A DNA stretch of 64,000 nt from Eledone cirrhosa. Taxonomy: Eukaryota. Of this stretch, positions 12,946 to 26,314 are shown in pieces. The notes under the pieces were generated by a model. The model did not search any database. It saw only the letters and a program-made list of their open reading frames with translations, and was not told the origin of the DNA. Made by a program: the position numbers and the translations under genes. Numbering within the stretch: position 1 is the stretch's first letter; each line of letters opens with the position of its first letter. Location: contig OZ024748.1 of the NCBI GenBank assembly GCA_964016885.1, positions 59,458,001-59,522,000 on the forward strand, read 5' to 3'.

Positions 12946-13109
12946 CAACAAGGTGTAGTTACGATGTATTATCATCACCTAGAAACGATCGTAAAGCAGT
13001 GAAGTATATTTCTAATGACTTGATTTTTTATTTCATTGTTTTAACATATTATATATATATATATATGTAGGTATGTATGTGTGTTTGCATATATATACAC
13101 ATGTGTGTA

Positions 13110-13141
<32 letters not shown>

Positions 13142-13469
13142 CGTAGGGAAGACGAGACAATGACAGAGTAATTGTGATATATATATGTTTGTGAAAGTAA
13201 ACTGTTTGTAACCAGAAATCAAAAGCAGTCTACAGCCTTGATTCCTAAAGACGATAAAACATATTTTCTATATTCATTCCTGCTGTATACTGGTGAGATA
13301 GTGTCCATTGAGAGAATACACTGGCTTGACTTTCTCATTGTATAATCTGGGCCAAATGAGAAGATCTGAACTCAACACTTAACAAATGAAACTTCTTAGC
13401 TGACCCACATGCATTTTATGTATTTACTGCTAAGGGAATTAGGTCATACAGTGGTAAATATGTTGGGCT

Positions 13470-14112
13470 TAAGCACTGTACTGTATAGTGCAGTACAGTA
13501 CTGCACAGCACAGCACAGTACAGTACAGTACAGCATAGCTCTGTACAGTACAGCACAGCACTGTACAGTACAGTATAGCACAGTACAATATAGTACAGCA
13601 CAATACAGTACAACACAGTACCGTACAGTACAGTACAGCACAGTACAGTACAGCATAGCCCTGTACAGTACAGCACAGTACAGTACAATACAGTACAGTA
13701 CAGTACAGAACACAACACATCACAGCACAGCATAGCCACAGTACAGCAGGGCATAACATAGTACAGTACAGTACTGCAGAACACAGAACCGCATAGCACT
13801 GTACAGTACAACACAGTACAGCACCATACAGTACAGCACACATTACAACAAAACACAGCACTGCAGAACTCAGTACAGTACAGAATAGCACAGAACAGGA
13901 CAACATGGCACAACACAGTATAGAACAGTACAGTACAACAAGACACAACACAGTAAAACACGGCACAGCACAACACAACACAGCAGAAAACAGAACAGCA
14001 CAACACAACACAACACAACACAGCATGGCACAGCACAACACAACACAACACAGCACAACACAGCATGACACGACACAACACAACACAGCACGACACAACA
14101 CAACACAACAGA
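13470..14112. repeat. Degenerate pentanucleotide satellite (CAGTA/CAGCA/CAACA)n
   Basis: Direct inspection. Confidence 0.92.
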
Positions 14113-14259
14113 GTCCCAGTGATTTGGTCAAACTTCACCCTCAACAAAGGAATTTATGTGAAAATAAAAAAGAAATTAAATTTTCATATTTGTTTCAAGA
14201 GTTAGGAATTGTTAAATTTATTATTACCTTAATTGATTTTTCAAACATAGGCACTTTTT

Positions 14260-14600
14260 GTTATGTCACCTACCTACACAATAATTTAACAGTGTGCACT
14301 GGCGCTTTTTGTCATGTCACCAACGCAACCATTATACAGTGTGGACTGGTGCTTTTTATCATGGCACCAAGACGACTACTTTACAGAGTGGACAGGGTGC
14401 TTTTTATCGTGGCACCCAGACGACTACTTTACAGTATAGACTGGGTGTTTTTTGTTGTGACACCAACACGACCACTCTAGTGTAGACTGTGCTTGATATG
14501 ACACCAAAACGAGCACTTTATAGTGTGGACTGAGTGTTTTTTATTGTGACACCAAAACGACCAATGAACAATGTGGACTGGGTACTTTTTATCATGGCTC
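14260..14600 (-). repeat. Degenerate tandem array of the ~48-bp RTE-3'UTR unit; similar array at 22500-22775
   Basis: tttatcgtggcacc...ctttacagtgtggactgggtgc is the reverse complement of gcacccagcccacactgtaaagtgg...gtgccacg in the LINE UTR. Confidence 0.65.
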
Positions 14601-14769
14601 CAAGTATATACTATATGGTACATAATACTGGGGTGAGGGGAGAATGCTAATAGATAGACATGTTGATAAATGAAATAGTGTTAGAAGATAAATAAATAAA
14701 CATGCTAGAGAAACAGACAGTTAGATAAACAAACAGACTGACATATAAATAGCCAGGTAGTCATTACAC

Positions 14770-16240
14770 CAGTGATTCCCAACATGGGGCACATGCCCCA
14801 CAGGAGGGCAATTTGAAATTGATGTTAATGAGAACAAACTTCAGGTTTTACCTTATTACTTTTACACCAAAGCAATTTTGATATACATTACATGACAAAG
14901 ACTAAGGTCCTTGTAAGTAGACGAGAAAACAGAACCCAGATCCCCTCAGGGAAATGGCCTTGCTCAGTATGTAGGAAAGGTGTATGTAGGAACTCCATTC
15001 TCTGCCCCAAATGCAAACAATGGGTACACAAGAGATGTAGCGGGATCTCAGGAAGCTTAATTAAGAATGTAGGATTCATATGCAGCAGCTGTGCTGAAAC
15101 AGCAAGCAAACAGCCACAGGAAACAAGTACCACCAATCTCTGGGAGGGCCCTGTAGAAACAGTAGACAGCTTCTGCTACCTAGGTGACCGAATTAGCAAC
15201 GGAGGTGGGTGCTCAGAAAGTACAATAACTAGGGTAAGAACGGGATGGAAGAAGTTTAGGGAACTACTACCACTGCTAGCTGCAAAAGGCTTCTCCCTCA
15301 GAATGAAAGGCAGACTGTATGATGCGTGTATCCGAACAGCGATGTTGCATGGTAGTGAGACCTGGGCGCTGAAGGTGGAAGACTTACGTAGATTAGAGAG
15401 AAACGAAGCCTGCATGCTCCGATGGATGTGTAACAGTAATATACGTGAACGACAAAGCATAAAGGAATTGAGAGAGAGACTGAGCATAAGAGGAATCAAA
15501 TGCTGCGTGCAGGAGAGGCGGTTACGCTGGTATGGACATGTGATGCGTATGAAGGATGACAGCTGCATAAAAAGGTGCAGAGCACTAGAAGTTGATGGAA
15601 ACCGCGGAGTGGGGAGACCCAAGATGACTTGGGATGAGGTGATAAAAGCCGACCTTACCCAACTACACCTCTCAAAGTCAATGACACACGACCGTGACTT
15701 CTGGCGTCACGCAGTAATACAGGGTACCCGACCTCCCATGGGTACATGCTGAAGCATATAAACAATATGCCCCCACTCCCCCCCACCGCAAGGTGGTCGT
15801 GGAGGTGCCACGGCAAAAAAGCACCCAGCCCACACTGTAAAGTGGACGTGTAGGCGCCACGAAAAAGCACCCAGCACTCACTGTAAATGAGGTTGGTGTT
15901 AGGAAGGGCATCCAGCTGTAGAAATCAAGCCAGACCAGTTCCTGTATGAGCAAGGCATGGTCAGCCGACCAGACACTGCACACAACAGGACAACCCGTCT
16001 AACCCATGCTAGCGTGGAAGAACGGACGTAAAACGATGATGATGATGATGATTACTGTTGGAAACTCCCATTTCACTTCCTCCACACATATTATTGTGCA
16101 TCTGGCACCACCATATATACATCAATTTGTTTAAACTTTGTAGTCGGTCATCGCGGTTTTCATATGAACGGAAGGGTGGAGGCATAACAGTTTTTGACAT
16201 ATTAGGTGGGGCACGGTACACAAAAGGTTGGGAACCGTTG
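14770..16240. mobile_element. hAT-type MITE (~310 bp without insert) interrupted by an RTE LINE
   Basis: TIRs cagtgattcccaac / gttgggaaccgttg; 8-bp TSD cattacac (14762-14769) / cattagac (16241-16248). Confidence 0.75.
14893..16052 (+). mobile_element. 5'-truncated RTE-clade LINE: RT C-terminus with PHD finger, 3'UTR, (GAT)n tail
   Basis: Open ORF to 15752 with VDSFCYLG, MLHGSETW, RLRWYGHVMR, GRPKMTW motifs; near-identical to 39249-40376. Confidence 0.93.
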
Positions 16241-16921
16241 CATTAGACAGACTTATTGACAAATATTTAGATAAGCAAGAAGTTTAACCCTTTAACATTT
16301 ACATTACTCTATATTTACTATTGTATTTTCATGGTAAACACTTTATCTCACATAATATTCTTACACAGTATCAAATCTATGAGATTTTGATATTATTTAT
16401 TTTGAAAACAGTACCTTAATGTCAGTACGAGCAGTCGGTTATAGCCGGTTTAAACAGAAAGAGGTGAGAGAATTCTGGCCGAATATAACCGGTTTAAATG
16501 CTAATGGTTTAATATACTGAACTGAAAGTAAGATGAGCATGGACATTTTGAAATTTTGGATAAATTCATAAGCATGGGAATAACAAAAGAAAAACAACAA
16601 TAAGATTTTGGTGCTTATCCAACCACTGTTTTCTTCCCAGGGTATACAAAACTTATTCAAATAATTTTTCCTGATGGAAACCACCAACAATTTCCTCAGA
16701 CAGTTGTTTTATTTATAATTTGATAGTTAGACAGCGAAGCAATTTGGCAGATAGATGGACGATTATATAAGCAGATTGACTGAGAAATGATAACATAAAA
16801 TACATAATTAAGAAGATATATGTTATACAATAGCAGAGAGGGATTTACCTACTTGTGGGTCCTAGCCAAACTTATCAGTAGGCCTCCAAATTTATAGAAA
16901 TGTTGGCATGTTTCAGTATCC

Positions 16922-16952
<31 letters not shown>

Positions 16953-17389
16953 GAAAATATAAAAATTATTGTGAGCAAGAAGCCAACAGTATTTCATAAT
17001 ATATAAGTGACTATAACGTCAAAATGGAAAATAATTAACGTAAGATATGGGAAAATAATTCAAACTCAATTAAAAAAAAAATCAAGACAGATTTTATCCA
17101 CAGATTTTGTGAAATCCAGGGAAAAACCAATAGAGTCTTAACTCAGAATCAAATAAAGCTTAAATACTCATCCTTCAATTTTGAAAAACTACAAATGCTC
17201 TATATAGTCTTAATCATCATCATCATCATCGTTTAACGTCCATCTTCCACATTAGCATGGGTTAAACGATTTTGTTCCATATGATGCGGGAATGGTCGGG
17301 AGACCATGTCTCACTCGTACGGAAGTGTCTCCAGCAGGTTTTTACAGCTGGATGCTCTTCGTAACACCAACCACATTTACAGTGTGGAC

Positions 17390-17431
<42 letters not shown>

Positions 17432-17690
17432 ATATCCTGGGTTTAACCGGCGGTAACCACAGTAAGGTATTCAATACATAGCAGAGTATACATTTTTAAT
17501 ATAGAAATAGCTTCTACAGGACTCCAACTGTTTCATTTGAAGGAAATCATCAGGAAAGCCTTTTTGATTCCAGAGTTGGTCTAGATCGATACAGATCAAA
17601 CCTTGAGTTGATCTATAGTAAAACACGCGTCACTACTCAAACGTAATGAAGACATAACAAATCGTCCTTTTTATTATTATTATTATTATT

Positions 17691-18408
17691 TTTCTTTGAG
17701 TCTCAGTCTGTAACTGGAAAGTTTGTTGAATTGAATATCAAGCCGCTACCTGCAGCCTCAGATATTCAGGACGTATCGGAGTGTTCTTGCTGTTCCCAGC
17801 AAGCATGCCTTTTGAAGTGTTCCAAAAAGCGGGGCTGGACTAATCTTCTTTAACCATCCTTGGAAACTCTTTGAGATAGTACCTAGTGTGCCTATGACAA
17901 TCGGGACGACCTTGATTTCATGGCAGTTCCAAATCTTTTTTAACTCCCACTTTAAATCCTGGTATCGGTTAAATTTCTCCCTCTCCTTCTCTTGCACTCT
18001 CGTGTCTACAATCAGGCACAATCTTTTTTCCTTGTCCAAAACCACCAGGTCAGGCTTATTGTGTTCTAATTTCTTGTCCGTCTGTATCCTGAAATCCCAT
18101 AGCACCTTCACCTGATCGTTTTCTATCACCGACTCTGGCTTATGCTCATACCACTTCTCAGAATATGGTAAATTGTTTACTTTGCATAGATGCCAGGGGA
18201 TCACTCTGCCTATCACATCATGTCTCCAGCCTTTATAGTGCGTTTGGGCTAGGTGTTTACACTCGGATACAATGTGAGCCACAGTCTCCTCTCTCTCTCA
18301 ACAGATCCTACACAGTGAACTAGCCTCCTCCTTGTCAATATGGTGTTTCACCCACTTCGTTCTGAGGGATTGCTCTTGCGCAACCATTAGCAGTCCTTCT
18401 GTAGCTTT
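17691..18408 (-). mobile_element. R4/Dong-like non-LTR retrotransposon 3' fragment (CCHC plus restriction-like endonuclease)
   Basis: CRIC...AHIVSEC, RHD, WYEH.P, LWDF.IQTD, KPDLVV, K...YQDL, LQKACLLGT; (TTA)n on both sides. Confidence 0.9.
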
Positions 18409-18443
18409 TATTATTATTATTATTTTTATTTTTTTTTATTATT

Positions 18444-20614
18444 GTTTCTGAGATATATGCCAAGTGTCTCCCTGACACCTAGGGCAAATAAATTCACAGT
18501 GTGCATTGGTAAGCCAGTTAATACAGCACATTGATTATAATTTAAAAAAAACAAACAAAAAAAAAACTATACATATAAACACATGTGCATATGCATATGT
18601 AAATACAAGGAAGGATATCAATCTTACAGAGATAGTGCTATTCTCAATACGTGTGCAGTACCAGTCAAAACAATTTTTTGCACCTCATGCAGAGAGGGTA
18701 AGCCAGGAATCATTCGCAAATATTGTTCTGTTCCTTTCTTGATCATTCCCAGTCCTCCCACAATCACTGGTATTATAATGGCCTTGAGGTGCCACATTTT
18801 CTCAATTTCAATAAACAGATCTTTATATTTTTGTAGCTTGTCAAATTCTTTTGCTTCAATTTTGTGATCACATGGGATGCTCATATCTATCAATAAACAG
18901 ACCTTGTTATGTTGATCTTTTACAATGATGTCAGGTCTATTTGCTTTTATGGTCCTGTCAGTACGTACAGGAAAGTCCCAAAGAATTGTTACTTTTTCTC
19001 CTTCAGTTAAAGCCTCAGGGTGATGATTGTACCAACTTGTCTTCAGCTTTGATTTTGTAATGCCGACATATTACCCAGTGTAGATATTGGCCAACTCTGT
19101 CATATCTATATTTGTATTCTACTGGTGCTAAAACTTTACATCCAGAGACTAAGTGATCCACTATTTCAACCTCAGCATTGCAGAATCGGCACTTTGGGTT
19201 TATTCCGTTTCTCATTACCTTGGCCTGGTAATTATGAGCCAATAAGCTTTGATCTTGGTCAGCTAAGATGAAGCCTTCACTCTCTGCCTTTAGCCCTGAA
19301 CTACGTATCCACTGATGGGTGTGCTTTTGGTCAACATTAGCTATGGGCCACATATTTGCCATGCAGAGGTTTCTGCTCCCAATTTGATGCTAATTGTCCT
19401 TGCCCTTTTGCTTTTGCCAGTGATTTTATTTGCCTAGCAGCATCAGTTGCAGCAGTTTCTTTAGTCTGTCCAGCCTGGGTATCAAACATGAGATCAGTAG
19501 CAAATTTTTTGCTCTCCTTCAAGATAGAATGAAGCTTCTGACTTCTCTCATGCTTTTCAACAAGTTTCAGCATACAATCGTTAGTTGCTTCAAGGTATTT
19601 GGCCAGTCCAATGATGGTGGTCTTGTAAGCAAGTTCAAATTGGATCAGGCCACAGCCTACTTGAGTTCTAGGAAGGTAAAGACGATCCACATCTGCTTTT
19701 GGGTGGTGCTTACAGACTTTGGTGTTGATTCTTTTGATTTCACTCATAAACCCAGTTCAACACACCGAAGCTATAAGTGACAACTGGGACTGCCAAGGAA
19801 TTTATGGCTAGCCCCTTGTTACGAGCGTTTAGTTCTGATCTCAGAACTGCACGTATTCTCCTGTAACATTCTTTCCTTATCCTCTCTTACATACTTGCAT
19901 GCTGTATGCCAGAGCCCTCATTAATCCCTAAGTATTTATAGGTTTGTTCCTGCTCAAGTTCCTTTATGATTGTTTCAGCATCCAATTCAACTGAGTCTGA
20001 GTTGACAAGCTTCCGCTTCTTAAAAGTGGCTTTTGCACACTTGTCAAGTCCAAACTCCATCCTGATGTCATCGCTAAACGTTTTTACTGTCTGCAAAAGG
20101 CCTTCCAGTTCGTCATTATCTTTGCAATATAGCTTCAAATCATCCTTATAAAATAGGTGGCTTATCTTTTTGTTGTCAATTCTATAACCGTACCCTGTTC
20201 TATTAAGTTCGGATGTAAGGGGTATTAAAGCTATGCAGAAAAGCAAGGGTGAAAGTGAGTCATCCTAGAATATACCACAGTTGATGTTTATATTCCTAGA
20301 GCGCAGTACCCCAGTGGAATGAGACAATTGGAGATTTGTTTTCCATAATGACATTGTGTTTCAGGAAGTTTGCGATCACAGGTGAGATTTTGAAGATGTC
20401 CAGTGGTTTCAGAATCCATGAGTGTGGTATGCTGTCAAATGCTTTGTTATAATCGATCCATGCAGAACTGAGATTTCTGTGTTTATTATGACAGTTCTCA
20501 AGTATCATAGGATTAATCAAAAGTTGATCTTTGCAACAATATGAACCTCGTCGGCACCCTTTTTGTTCAATGGGGAAAAGATTGTTCTCCTCCAAAAACA
20601 CGTATGCTTTTTCC
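18444..20614 (-). mobile_element. Degraded R4/Dong-like element (RT, CCHC, RLE)
   Basis: EQKGCRRGS, WIDYNKAFDSIPH, DSLSPLLFC, HLFYKDDLKL, YKYLG, CRFC...HLVSGC, RPDIIV; several frameshifts and stops. Confidence 0.92.
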
Positions 20615-20633
20615 ATTATTATTATTATTATTA

Positions 20634-21000
20634 CAGTTGCATTTATCTTGCTTTATGTTCATACGAGTTATCACCAAGTCACAACCAGTGACCTCAAGAG
20701 ACAACAAGGTCCGCCATGTTCAAGAAAGAACATACATACACACACATGCATCTTTAGGTGTTTAGACTTGTGATGTACTTATATTGACAGAATCTTCCTT
20801 AGTATATGGGCAGTTCCCATTAGTACTATCTTTTGTATTTCTCATATACGTGCGTTTCCTGGGATTTGCAATAAGTAATCATTAGACCCCTTAGGTATCA
20901 TTCCTAGAGCACCTACAACCACTGGTATTGTTTTAGTTCTCAATTTGCACATTTTTCAAATTTCTATCTCCAGGTCCTTATACGTGCTCAATTTTTCAAA
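20634..21000 (-). mobile_element. Third R4/Dong-like 3' fragment
   Basis: Minus strand reads EKLSTYKDLEIEI*..TIPVVVGALGMIPK...EIQKIVLMGTAHILRKILSI*; flanked by (TTA)n. Confidence 0.82.
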
Positions 21001-21233
21001 TTATTATTATTATTATTATTATTATTGTTATTATTATTGTTATTATTATTATTATTATTATATATATATGGTGAAAATTTGAAACACCATAAGCTCAGCC
21101 ATCAGGCACTAACTGTTCACTATATATATACACTCTATTTTCCCAAATATCGAATATTTAGCTGGATATAGTCTTACTTGTCTAAACTGGTAACACCCAA
21201 TCTCTCTCTCTCTCCCTCTCTCTTTCTCTTTCC

Positions 21234-21293
<60 letters not shown>

Positions 21294-21388
21294 GATGATG
21301 AAATGATGATGATGATGATATATATATGTGTGTGTATATATATATATATGTGTGTATATATATATATGTGTGTGTGTGTATATATATA

Positions 21389-21419
<31 letters not shown>

Positions 21420-21454
21420 GTGTGTATATATATGTGTGTGTGTGTATATATATA

Positions 21455-21485
<31 letters not shown>

Positions 21486-23192
21486 ACGTGTGTGTATATA
21501 TATATACACACATACATATACACACACACACACATATATATATGTACGTACACACACACACACACACACATATTAATATATATATATATATATACACAAA
21601 TACATAGATACAAAGGACTACCTCTAAATACAAGATAACAAGATACAAGTAGGTATTTATCATATTTCTCCCGTGTCCAAGATGGCCGCTATGACCAGCC
21701 AGTTTATGTTGTTTGTACCTACAGTTTTGTCTGTATTTTGGCTAGCAATGAAACAGCTCAAGTATTATTGTTACCTAATTTGGGTTTAGAAATATTTATA
21801 TATTGATTCTGATGATAGTTGCTAAGCAATTCACTGATTGGGGTGAGGCTTGCTCTAGTGGTGGTGTTGGTGTTGTTGGTGTTGGTGGTGTCTTTGTTGG
21901 TGGTGGTGGTGTTGGTGGTGGTGGTGTTGGTGGTGTTGTTGTTGTTGTTGTTGTTGGTGGTGGTGTCTTTGTTGTTGGTGGTGGTGTCTTTGTTGTTGTT
22001 GGTGGTGTCTTTGTTGTTGTTGGTGGTGTCTTTGTTGGTGGTGGTGGTGGTGTCTTTGTTGTTGGTGGTGTTGTTGTTTGTGGTGGAGGTATTGGTGTTG
22101 TTGTTTTTGTTGGTGGTGACGGTGGGGGGTTGCTCTGGTGGTGGTATTGGTGGTGGTGATGGTGATGGTGGGGCTTGCTCTCGTGGTCGTGGTGATGGTG
22201 GTGTTGGTGGTGGTGGGGCTTGCTCTCGCGGTGGTGGTGATAGCCCTATCTTTTCTGCATATTTTATTTTTGTTTGTTTGCTGGTTTTCTTTCATAGTTT
22301 GTTTTCTATTTTAGGCAGGGTGAGGGGAAGGGGGAGACCAATACCACTATCATCATCATCATCATCATCATCATATGTCTGCTTTCCACATTAGCATGGG
22401 TTGGACGGGTTGTCAAGGTCTGTGACTAGACTGGGCGGAGCAACCTAATTTTGCTCACATGTTCTATATTTGGCATGGTTTCTATGGCTGGATGACCTTC
22501 CTAACATCAACCACCATTACAGAGTATATATTGTTTGTGCCTTTCATGACCACAGTACTACCACCTTACAGAGTGGAGTGGTTACATTTTATCATGGCAC
22601 TAACACTAACACTTTACAGGGTATACTGGATGCATGTTATTGTGGCACCAGCACTGCCATTTTACAGAGTGGACTGGTTGTGTTTTATCATGGTACCAAC
22701 ACTACCACTTTACAGGATGTACTGGGTGTATTTTATTGTGGCACCAGCACTACCACATTACAGGATGGTCTGGATATATGTTATCACCAACAGCTATCCC
22801 CTCCCTATTACAACCATCACAGCACACTCCCCATATCTCCTCCCCACACACCCGTTCCTAGCTGCCGTCCCCTTGTGAAGTTGTTGGTGATAGGAACTGC
22901 ATCCAGCAGTGGAGGGCCTGCTGAACTAAGGGTTAAGAGGACCCTTCGGTCATGTCTAGTTATGGCAGCCTTCCCTGTGTTTGGTGATCTACATGATAAA
23001 CACACCCAGTACATGCTGTAAAATGGTTGGTGATAGGAAGGGCATCCAGTCATAGAAAGTTTGTCAAACAAAGCACTGGGGGTGACCATCAGTTGTGTCA
23101 TAGACATGACAACCTCCCCTGTGTGTTTATCTATCTATCTATCTGCCTGTCTGTCTATTTAGTTATCTGCCTGTCTGCCCATCCATATGTCT

Positions 23193-23482
23193 GTGAAAGT
23201 GGTGAGAATCGCCCGAGTGAATGGGCCTTCTCTCTATATCAGCCTGTAGGTTGAGGAAAAAGAGGAGGAGAGGAAAGGAGGACAAACTCTTCGTACTCCT
23301 GGAGATGAGGGTTGCACATTTTTTGGGGGGTATGTGTTACCCATATGAAATGTCTCCCCCTATTGGGGAAAATCGATTAATTTTTAAATTGCATTTGTGA
23401 TATTTTACACGTTTTTATTTTATGTAAACTCCCCCTTTGTATTTGTCCCCTTCTTTTGTGCCCCTGTGGCTAATAAAGAAAC
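23193..23482 (+). mobile_element. Tx1/L1-like element 3' end, copy 1
   Basis: Homologous to 24288-24594; ends gtggctaataaagaaa plus (TCTA)n. Confidence 0.75.
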
Positions 23483-23546
23483 ATATCTATCTCTCTACCT
23501 ATCTATCTATCTATCTATCTATCTGTCTGTCTGTCTGTCTGTCTGT

Positions 23547-23628
<82 letters not shown>

Positions 23629-23629
23629 G

Positions 23630-24594
23630 GCACCTCGAGTGCCTACGGGCGCTCACAGCCCTCTACCAAGCGGAAACGGCAATCAGCGGAGACTCCACTT
23701 TGACATTCTATAGGGGATTAGTGGAGGATAGATGTGACGATGTTTGCGGGGAAACTCTAGGCATCGAGGAGGACGAACTGACCAGTCTGTTCGGGAGGAC
23801 TTTCCATCCAGGGCCTATGGATAACTTCCAGAGGTCTCTGGCCTGGCAGTGCTACCGAGGAGCTCTACCAGTTTGAGACAAAATCTACAGGTACGGATGC
23901 CCTGGCAGAGATCCTGCCAAAAGGACCTGTCCAAGATGCGAGCAGGACATTGAAACCGTTCTGCACGCAATTGTTCATTGCCCAGGGGTCACCGACCTGT
24001 GTAATTATGTCGAACAGCTGCTGTCACGTGTGGGACGCATCGAGTTGTCAGCCGAGTCCATCGTGAGGATCACCCCACCGCCTTCATTTAAGAACGAAGG
24101 AGAGGCGGTTTTCCTCTGTCTGGTGGCTATGGCGAAAGAGGTAATATGGTGGATGTGGTTAAAAGGACTGAGGGCAAACACCTTTCTCTCCAGACAACAA
24201 CTTATCCCCTTCTTTAAGTATCACTTCAGAAGGAAGGTGAGAGTAGAGTGAGAGGTGCTACACCCCAGTAAATTTGCTGAAAGGTGGGTGAACGTGGCGA
24301 AAATAGCCCGAGTGATTGGGCCTTCTCTGTATATAAACCTGTAGGTTGAGGAAGATAAACAGAGGGAGGACGGGAACACCTACAAAACGTGTTCCTGGTG
24401 TTGAGGGTTGTTCTATCCACGGGGTGTAAAACAACCCTGCAGTAACGTTCCCCCCTACTGGGGATTTCAATTGTTATTTTATTATATATAGTTTATTGTT
24501 ATTTATTAATGTTAAAGTTATTTTTATGTAAAACCCCCTCCGTAAGGTCTTGCAATGTCCCATTTTTGTACGCCCCTGTGGCAAATAAAGAAAG
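23630..24594 (+). mobile_element. Tx1/L1-clade LINE ORF2 C-terminal fragment (zf-RVT) with 3'UTR
   Basis: LAWQCYRGALPV*DK...CPRCEQDIETVLHAIVHCP...AKEVIW...FAERW; AATAAA at 24584; flanked by (TCTG/TCTA)n. Confidence 0.85.
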
Positions 24595-24621
24595 ATATCT
24601 ATCTGTCTGTCTATCTGTCAG

Positions 24622-24845
24622 CCTAGGAAGGGAGTACTCACTCTTGGTGCTCCTGGAGATGAGGGTTGTAATGAGGGTTGTACATTTTTTCGGGGTGTGT
24701 ACAACCCCTGTGTAACACCTCCCCCTATTGGGGATTTCAATTGTTATTTGTTATTGTATTAATAGTTTTATTTTCATATACCTGTATGTAAACTCCCCAT
24801 TTGTATTTGTCCCCTTCTTTTGTGCCCTTGTGGCTAATAAAGAAA
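24622..24845 (+). mobile_element. Tx1/L1-like 3'UTR, copy 3
   Basis: ctcctggagatgagggttg...tgtggctaataaagaaa plus tatctatct. Confidence 0.75.
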
Positions 24846-24886
24846 TTTATCTATCTGTCTAATGTCTGTCAATCTATGTTTTGTCT

Positions 24887-24953
<67 letters not shown>

Positions 24954-25055
24954 TTAGCTGTCAGCTCTGTATTGCTGTCTGACTTATTTTTTATCCATCA
25001 TTCACTTTGTATGTATGCCTATATGTAAATCTGTCTGTCTGTTTGTATGTATGTG

Positions 25056-25090
<35 letters not shown>

Positions 25091-25945
25091 ATGTATGTGT
25101 GTATATATGTATGTCTATGTATGTATATATGTATGTGTGTCTATGTATGTATATATGTATGTATGTCTGTATGTATATATGTATGTGTGTCTATGTATGT
25201 ATATATGTATGTCTATGTATGTATGTCTATGTATGTATGTCTATGTATGTATGTCTATGTATGTATATATGTATGTATATATGTATGTATGTCTCTGTAT
25301 GTATGTATGTATGTCTCTGTATGTATGTATGTATTAAAGTATGTATATGTCTATATGTATGTATATGTCTATACATGTATGTGTGTGTATGTCTATATAT
25401 GTGTCTCTTTAATCTTTCATACCCTTCGATCTCATATTTTTTTCTTTCACTTCCTTTTAACCACCACCACCACCACCACCTCCACCACAACCACAGTCAC
25501 CACCACCACCACCACCACCACCACCACCACCACCACCAACAACAACAACAACTTCTTTCCTTCCTTCTACATCACTAATTCCATTTTCACTAATTCCTTC
25601 CTACCACTCACTCCATTGCTGTTCCAATCAGACATCATTCTTAATATCATCATCATCATCATTATTATTATCATTATTATTATTATTATATTCCCATATC
25701 TAAATGAGATTATCCAGTTTTTTTTTTTTTTTTTTTTTGGTTTGTTTTTTAAATATTTTTTTTATATTTTTTTTTCTCTCTTCTATATATTTCCCTTTAT
25801 TAAAACTTAAGAGACATTCCACCTCTACATCTTTTGAAAGGTTTTCTTTTGTCGTTCTGTCAATGAAACAAAACTGAATACATTTACATTAAGAAATGGA
25901 ATATTTAAAAGACGAAACAGAAAACTCTCAACAATTTGCCCTCTT

Positions 25946-26005
<60 letters not shown>

Positions 26006-26128
26006 ATAGTGATTATTTATATATATATATATGTGTATGTGTATATACATATATACACACACACACATTTATACATATATATATATATTAAAATACAAAT
26101 ATTAATAAAATAGATGTTCTTTTGATGA

Positions 26129-26191
26129 ATTACATTTTATTATACATATTTCGGATGTACAACTGTACGTCCTCATCAGACAAAATATAAT
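26129..26191 (-). ncRNA. Minimal type-I hammerhead ribozyme motif (left arm of palindrome)
   Basis: Minus strand: attatattttgt-CTGATGA-ggacgtac agtt gtacatcc-GAA-ATATGTAT-A-ataaaatgtaat. Confidence 0.7.
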
Positions 26192-26251
26192 GATACATTA
26201 CTACCTTGATTAAATCTTAACCATTTAACATCTCAGGGTATGTCATGTATC

Positions 26252-26314
26252 ATTATATTTTGTCTGATGAGGACGTACTGTTGTACATCCGAAATATGTA
26301 TAATAAAATGTAAT
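26252..26314 (+). ncRNA. Minimal type-I hammerhead ribozyme motif (right arm of palindrome)
   Basis: 12-bp stem I (2 G-U), CTGATGA 26264-26270, 7/8-bp stem II, GAAA 26291, near-palindromic stem III, AUA site at 26300-26302. Confidence 0.72.

Noticed and set aside
12985-13010. GAAACGATCGTA, resembling a hammerhead 3' half
   Set aside because: No CUGANGA core upstream; at most a truncated relic.
13409-14147. Cys-rich ORFs resembling metallothionein or keratin-associated proteins
   Set aside because: Translation of a pentanucleotide satellite.
21676-21790. YY1-like CAAGATGGCCGC followed by a short ORF
   Set aside because: Single motif, ~35-codon ORF with no recognisable homology or splice support.
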